Below, piece after piece: positions 58,561-64,000 of a DNA stretch of 64,000 nt (position 1 is the stretch's first letter; every line of letters starts with the position of its first letter). The position numbers were made by a program, and so were the translations under genes. Origin of the DNA: Amoebophrya sp. A120 (taxonomy: Eukaryota; Protista; Dinoflagellata); NCBI GenBank assembly GCA_905178155.1, contig CAJINV010000029.1:106603-170602 (forward strand). The letters run 5' to 3'. Under the pieces are notes generated by a model. It did no database searches, was not told where the DNA came from, and saw nothing but the letters and a program-made list of their open reading frames with translations.

Positions 58561-61500
58561 TCACTGTTTATCTTCCGTGTTGGAAACAGGCTCCGATGAA
58601 CTCGATCCTTTCAGATCGGACGAAGAAATTGCGGAAGTTTCCAGTGCTTCGATAGTTGAGATTATCTCCCGTACCAGAAATAATTGCGAACTTGATGCAG
58701 CTGCTGTTCCCGTTACTTCATCCTCGTTCAATACTTTGGTGCTGGTTGTCTTACTCTTGCTTTTGTCACCGTTCCTCACTGTACTGCCTGCTTGGAGATC
58801 CTGAGCCTCGTGATCATGTGGTTGTTGCTGTTCCACGGTTGATGGAGAGGAAGCAGCAGGAGCTTCTGTCGCCGTGTCCTTCTTCGTGCAGCTGTCATTT
58901 AATATTTCTCGAGTAGTAAACAGCTTCTCCCCTAGCTCGAGCAAAGACCTCGTCTCTGGCACTTCAAGCAGTGACAGGATTTCTTCCGTCCGGTGGCAAC
59001 GGTCGGGTTGGCCGCAGTAGAGCACACCGTGGTGTAGTTTGATGAGCAGGGAGTTTTGATTTTGATCCTCACCTGGAAGATTTTTTTCCTGCTCTGCTCG
59101 TCCAGGTGTACCACCGGCTTGTTGCACGCCAGGAGCTGTTGGCGGGGACGCGACAGTGCTAGTTGTACCTTTCATCACGAGGAACGGTTGTATCTCACCA
59201 TCAGATCTCGGACCCGGTTTCTTGAAGACTACAAGCACTGGATTTTTACCGGTTCTTGTTCTATTTTCACAGATGCTAGTTTCGCGTTGGTTTGGATCTG
59301 TTTCGAGCGCGTCGCCCTCGCCGGCAGAAGAAGAAGCTGAAATTGGTTTCATCTCCGAAAACCTGAGTTCATGCCCATCGGAGAGGGTGCACGTCACCGT
59401 CTGCTGTAAAGTCGCCAAGGGCAGTACCGGTGGGTAACGATAATCGTCGTTGCGTTGCCCGAAAAACAAATCGAAGCCGACGTAGATCCCGCCGGTACAA
59501 CTACGCGCAGCAGGTTTTCCGCAGTTGGCTTGCGACTCCGAAGATTCTTTCATGTTCTCGTCCTGCGCGCCTTCCACGACACCAAGTTTATTCTGCTTGT
59601 TGCTCTGTACTGGTTCATTTTGCTTCACGAAAAAACACTTCGGGCGGCAGAAGAGGTTAGCTGCATTTCTCTGCTGCGTGATCAATCCGCGGAACACCAC
59701 CCCAGCGGCCCACGCCGGCTGGAAGAACAGCAGAAGGTTCAACAGTGGCTGGATGGCGACACGTATGAACTGCAAAAGAGCCGCACACGCACTCGTATAT
59801 ATGCATTACAAATTTCCTCAGCATGAGAAATGAAATTTGTAATGCGGATTGCCCTCAAGAAAAAGCTTTGTAATGCATGACTGCAACTACTACGAGTACA
59901 ATGCTTTTGCACAGGATAGCACGAGATTTCTGTGGGAATGCCTTTAGCGCAGACACATCCCCGGCGAAGAGCAGCGGTTCCGCCTATTACAATGAAAAAT
60001 GCCCCCACCCCCGAACTTGAAAGCATTTGTATTGCAAACCTTTCCAAATGAAACATTCGCCCTCTTGCAAGTATCAGCATCACAGATTTCCGATCGTGAA
60101 TAGCAAAAATTTGTATTGCAAAAGATCCCAGCAAGAGCGGTGCCTGTCATGCAAGCGATGCGAAACACGACTAGAATCTGCATCAGAAAGATTCATACTC
60201 CTTTCATGCATGACAAAAAGTTTTCATTTGGAAACTTCGCATCACAAATTTTTGCAAGTTTGGGGTGGGGGGCACTTTTCACTGTAATACCGCCTCGGTT
60301 CGGTTCAGACTCGGGAAAAGTTCGGTGGTCAGGGGTAGAAGAGAACTCTTGCCGTCCTGCTCTGTAGTAGTTGCTGATGTATATGTAGTTGTAGTACTGC
60401 TCGCGGATTGCAACGTGCGGAGACTCTGCACGAAATGCTCCATGAGCGGTTTGTCCAGGGGCTTCCTCCGGGAAAGGTGATCTTCCTGCTGTGGCTCCAT
60501 GTTGCACACAGCACCTTTTTCTTCTAACGTCAGGATGGCGCGTATGAGGGTGCGCAAGTCCTCCTCTGCCTCTTTTTCATGCAAAATACCAAATCCGCAT
60601 AATGGAAATGCTATATGCGTTGAAGCATCCTGTCGATGGCATGTTTAGAAGTTTCAGGGCCGCAAATAATAGCACTACAACCCGTGGTGTGCGGGTTTGT
60701 CATGCGAAAGATACTGCTTACATTTGTGGCGTGGCTTCTGTTGCCCGTCATGAACTTCAAATGCTGGGCCAGGGGGAGCTGTGCAATCTCATAGCGCGCC
60801 GCGAGACGGTGTCCACCAATTCCGCAGTCAGCAAAGTTGGTTTTACAATCAGTTCGACACCTTCGATCTTCGCGGGAAGCTGGAGTAGTTTCATATGCAT
60901 TACAAAAGCACCGCACTCATAGTAAAACGAAAAAATAGTGGTAGTCGAGCATGACAGATCTACCTTTGTATGCTGAGCAGCATTACAAATTTTATTTTTC
61001 ATGCTAGCCGGATTTGTGATGCGATTTCTATCAGTACGACACTTTTGCAGTCGATATTTCAGTTTGTCCAGCACAGCCTCATATCCATTGCAAATATGTT
61101 TGGGTCTGGACATTTGTGATGCTAAAATGTGGATGATGGAAACACCTCCGAAACCGAATGCAGCCCAGCATGACAACTTTTCATAATGCGTTCTCATAGG
61201 ATAGGCAGTTTGCATTTTTTGCATGAGAAAAATGGATGCGACTGTTTTTGGTATATGCAACACAGACTTGTTCACAGGAATGCGAATGCAAGACCAGCAC
61301 TACAAGCTCAAACTTTATTCCAGGAGCAGACATATTTGCATTTGATACCCCCACCGCCAGCTCAACTGGTGCTCCTCCTGTTGTTCCATCGCACTGCTGC
61401 AGCAACAGCGAGGTTAGCGACTCTTGCAGGGAACAAGCTGGATCTCCCTTTTCCCCTGTTTCGAACCGCAAGGCTACGTCGACTGTGGCATCCAAGAGGT

Positions 61501-64000
61501 CCGACTCGACTGAAGATTTGAAGCGGAACAAAACGCCGAGTTCGAGGTCGAGGAGCGAAACGGAGTGGAGCTTGAAGGAGCATGCTGCTCCAGTCACCGT
61601 GTGAATGGTCGTGTTCTGTTCTTGTTCCAGCTGTGCATTGGTTTTGGTGATGGTGCCTATCGCTTCACTACTGTCGCCGAGACTCGCCGACAAGGTCGAC
61701 CACGGGTTCGTACAAACCAAGCTATCGGTTGTAGCTGCACTCTTTCCTCCTGCGCGCGGACCGCCTGTTCGTGACGATGATGATGGTGATGATGACGATG
61801 ATGATGATGAAGTGTAGTCACAGCGAGGACTACACTCGAACTTAACCGCTAAGCCTGTGATTTTTGACTCCGCTACGTTCGTGGCACTGGACCCGGAGGG
61901 ACACAGCTGCGTCATTCGCCGGAACGACTTTGGTGTCAGGCGAAACGACCGGGTCGCTGGCAAGTCGGAGTCGGTGGTACTCAGAAGCCGCAGATCCACG
62001 TCGAGGCTGGCACCCGACAGGGAGCGGTTTTGCGCTTCAACTGCGTCGCTAAACTCCTTCTCGCAGAGCTCCACCTGCGTTCGTACGGCCTTTTTGACGA
62101 TGTTGGTGCGTGGAACATCTTCGTCGTTCTCCCAATACTCCCCTTCCGATTCCACTAGATCTTCGAAAACATACCTATAAAGATCCGTCAAGCGATCCCG
62201 GCTGAAGTCACCAAGTCCGACCAAGGACAGCACCGCTCGCGTCCGGCCGAACGGTTTCGATCTGGCGCTCATGAAGAGTATGGCGTTGCGCAGTTGCAGT
62301 TCGGCTCTGCCCATGGCCGGCACGCCGGGAAGCACGGAGCCTGGATGCACCCCAAACCCCCGCAAGAAAACCTCCATCAGAATCGCGAGCCCTAGCTTCT
62401 TCTTGTCCCGCGGCTTCAGCACCAGCAACGCCTGTGTGGCCGAAACAATGACGCTCTCGGTGACAGCAAACTCGATACCTACTACAGTGCAGGTGACATC
62501 CTGCAGATTGGAAATGGGTGTTGTCGGCACTATTTTGCTTGGTTCGTCCTTGTCATCCTCGAACCATCCAAAACCGATGAGAGTCGAACCTGTGTCGTCA
62601 TATCCCGAATCGAACAGGCGCGCAGGCAGGCGAGAGGTAACAACGCGCGAATCAGGGTCGTGGCGCTTGACGGTCATATCACACGCCCAGGCAGTTTCGA
62701 ACGGAAGCAAAAGGCCGACGAGTTCGGACAGCGCAGGTTGAGGTTCTGAAATTATGTCACCGAAGCGAAATAGTCGCTCAGCGGCGCGCCGGGGGATGAG
62801 TGGGAACAAAGAGGAAGTTTCCGAAAGGAGACTGTGTATCAGCTCCGATTCGGGCTCGGACCGGGGCCCGGGCATCATCTGGGAGGAAGCAAGCAACTTC
62901 TTGTCCACGTCAGCAACTGTGTGATCTTTTGTTCGCCCTCCAACAGCTTCCTTCAGTTTTCGAAAATTCCGCACGAGGCTTTTCGAACGGAAAAAAATAC
63001 TTCTTGCACTGGCGGCAGGAGACGGAGCTACGAAGTCCAAGACGTCCGCGGACTCGGGTAGGCCGAGCAACTTGAGTTCTTCCAGGACCGTTAGCGGATG
63101 ACGTATCGACGTCGTAGTTTTTGCAGTTGCACTCTCCGGTGGCGGCCGATGCGAGGCCGCGTAAGGAGGCAGGGTCAGCAGAATCTTCTCGATATCCGCT
63201 GGCACTTTGCACACCTCGTCCCATCCGCGATAATTGTGACGCCGCACTATCACTTTGCCGCTTACCGCGTTGGTCATCTCGTCTTCGGAATCGGAATCCA
63301 CGTCGAAAGACAGCGATTCGTCCAGATCCTCGCTCCCGCTCCCTTCCACGAGATGCCATGTTCCGAAGCTGAACGCAAACCTGCATCCCGCTCCCGCTCC
63401 CGATTTTCTGTCGTCCACAAATGCCATGTTCCTGCCTAGTATCCGAACATGCCTGGTACGGGTACCTCGGCCGTTGATGTCATCTGCACAGTATGGATAG
63501 CGAGCGTGGCGCACACGAACGATAGCGATACATAAATATAGGTCCCACCTTTAGATACAACAAGAACAAGGGCAAGGCCGAGCAAGCTCCTTTTCGAAGA
63601 CACTGGAAAAATATCAATTTCACAATCACATTCACAGCTCCACACAAATACAAACAATTTTCCAAAGGGAAAAATGGAAGCTGCGCCTACTGCGTCAAAA
63701 AATGAAATAAAGCAGCTGTAATGATGGTGCAAGAATGTACAACAACTTAGTTGCAATTTATAGATACGAGTAAGCCGTCGTCGCAGTGGATAAGAACCGA
63801 AACCGGACGACAACCTCTAGCACCGCTCCGTCCACTTGAAAGGCATGCTCCCCGACATCGAGAGCGAGGGGACCCGCCTTCGACTTTTTCACGCCAAGCT
63901 GGAGCACTGCGCCGAATTGCAAATCCAGCCAGATGACCTTTTTCAGCTTGAAAAAAGTGCTTTTCCCTAGCACCAAAGTGTTCCTGTCCTCTTCATTGAA
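58561..64000 (-). CDS. Hypothetical protein, more than 1,250 aa, probably 5'-partial; exons 58561-59758, 59919-59979, 60290-60537, 60794-60888, 61057-61076, 61348-~63500, and probably 63762->64000
   Basis: Five introners removed (+5 nt) join ORFs 61181, 60757, 60279 and 58561 in one frame; the junction near 63500-63761 is unresolved; no family recognised. Confidence 0.8.
59764..59918. mobile_element. Introner family C
   Basis: tatgaactgcaaaag ... cttttgcacaggata; DR acacg/gcacg. Confidence 0.93.
59985..60289. mobile_element. Introner, D-like
   Basis: tattacaatgaaaaatgcccccacccc ... ggggtggggggcacttttcactgtaata; perfect DR ccgcc. Confidence 0.94.
60543..60793. mobile_element. Introner family E
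   Basis: tatgagggtgcgcaagtcctcctc ... gggggagctgtgcaatctcata; perfect DR gcgcg. Confidence 0.93.
60894..61056. mobile_element. Introner family C
   Basis: tatgcattacaaaagc ... acttttgcagtcgata; perfect DR tttca. Confidence 0.92.
61082..61347. mobile_element. Introner family A
   Basis: tatccattgcaaatatgtttgggtctgga ... cagacatatttgcatttgata; DR cctca/ccccc; frame restored. Confidence 0.9.

Noticed and set aside
1847-61347. Recurring peptides ANMSGSG, QICLGLE, CKYVWVWK and PDPDIFA as a protein repeat family
   Set aside because: They are translations of the family A terminal repeat in different frames

Overview
Eukaryotic genomic DNA with about 70 short inverted-repeat elements. They start TAT-N7-AAA, end TTT-N7-ATA, and are flanked by perfect or decayed 5-bp direct repeats (DRs). 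This matches, from my recollection of the literature, the non-canonical introner introns of the parasitic dinoflagellate Amoebophrya (A120 type); the organism call is an inference. At least nine terminal-repeat families occur (my labels A-I), several nested or bloated with satellites. Removing each element plus 5 nt by hand fuses scattered ORF fragments into long reading frames. The main result is a hidden 30-exon, 7,104-nt (2,367-aa) plus-strand gene at 18601-41242 with 29 non-canonical introns. It encodes an apparently intact DDE transposase (DUF6729-like Cys domain, WDCT / IFND / DIFH / RGTPCVE), a candidate mobiliser or domesticated relative of the introners that interrupt it. Also present: a small upstream plus-strand gene, a tandemly duplicated Q/H/P-rich gene with reciprocal filled/empty introner sites, a minus-strand hypothetical gene obeying the same removal rule, a decayed gene region at 5.5-12.6 kb, and several satellites and hairpin arrays. 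All reconstructions are manual, with no RNA data or database searches.
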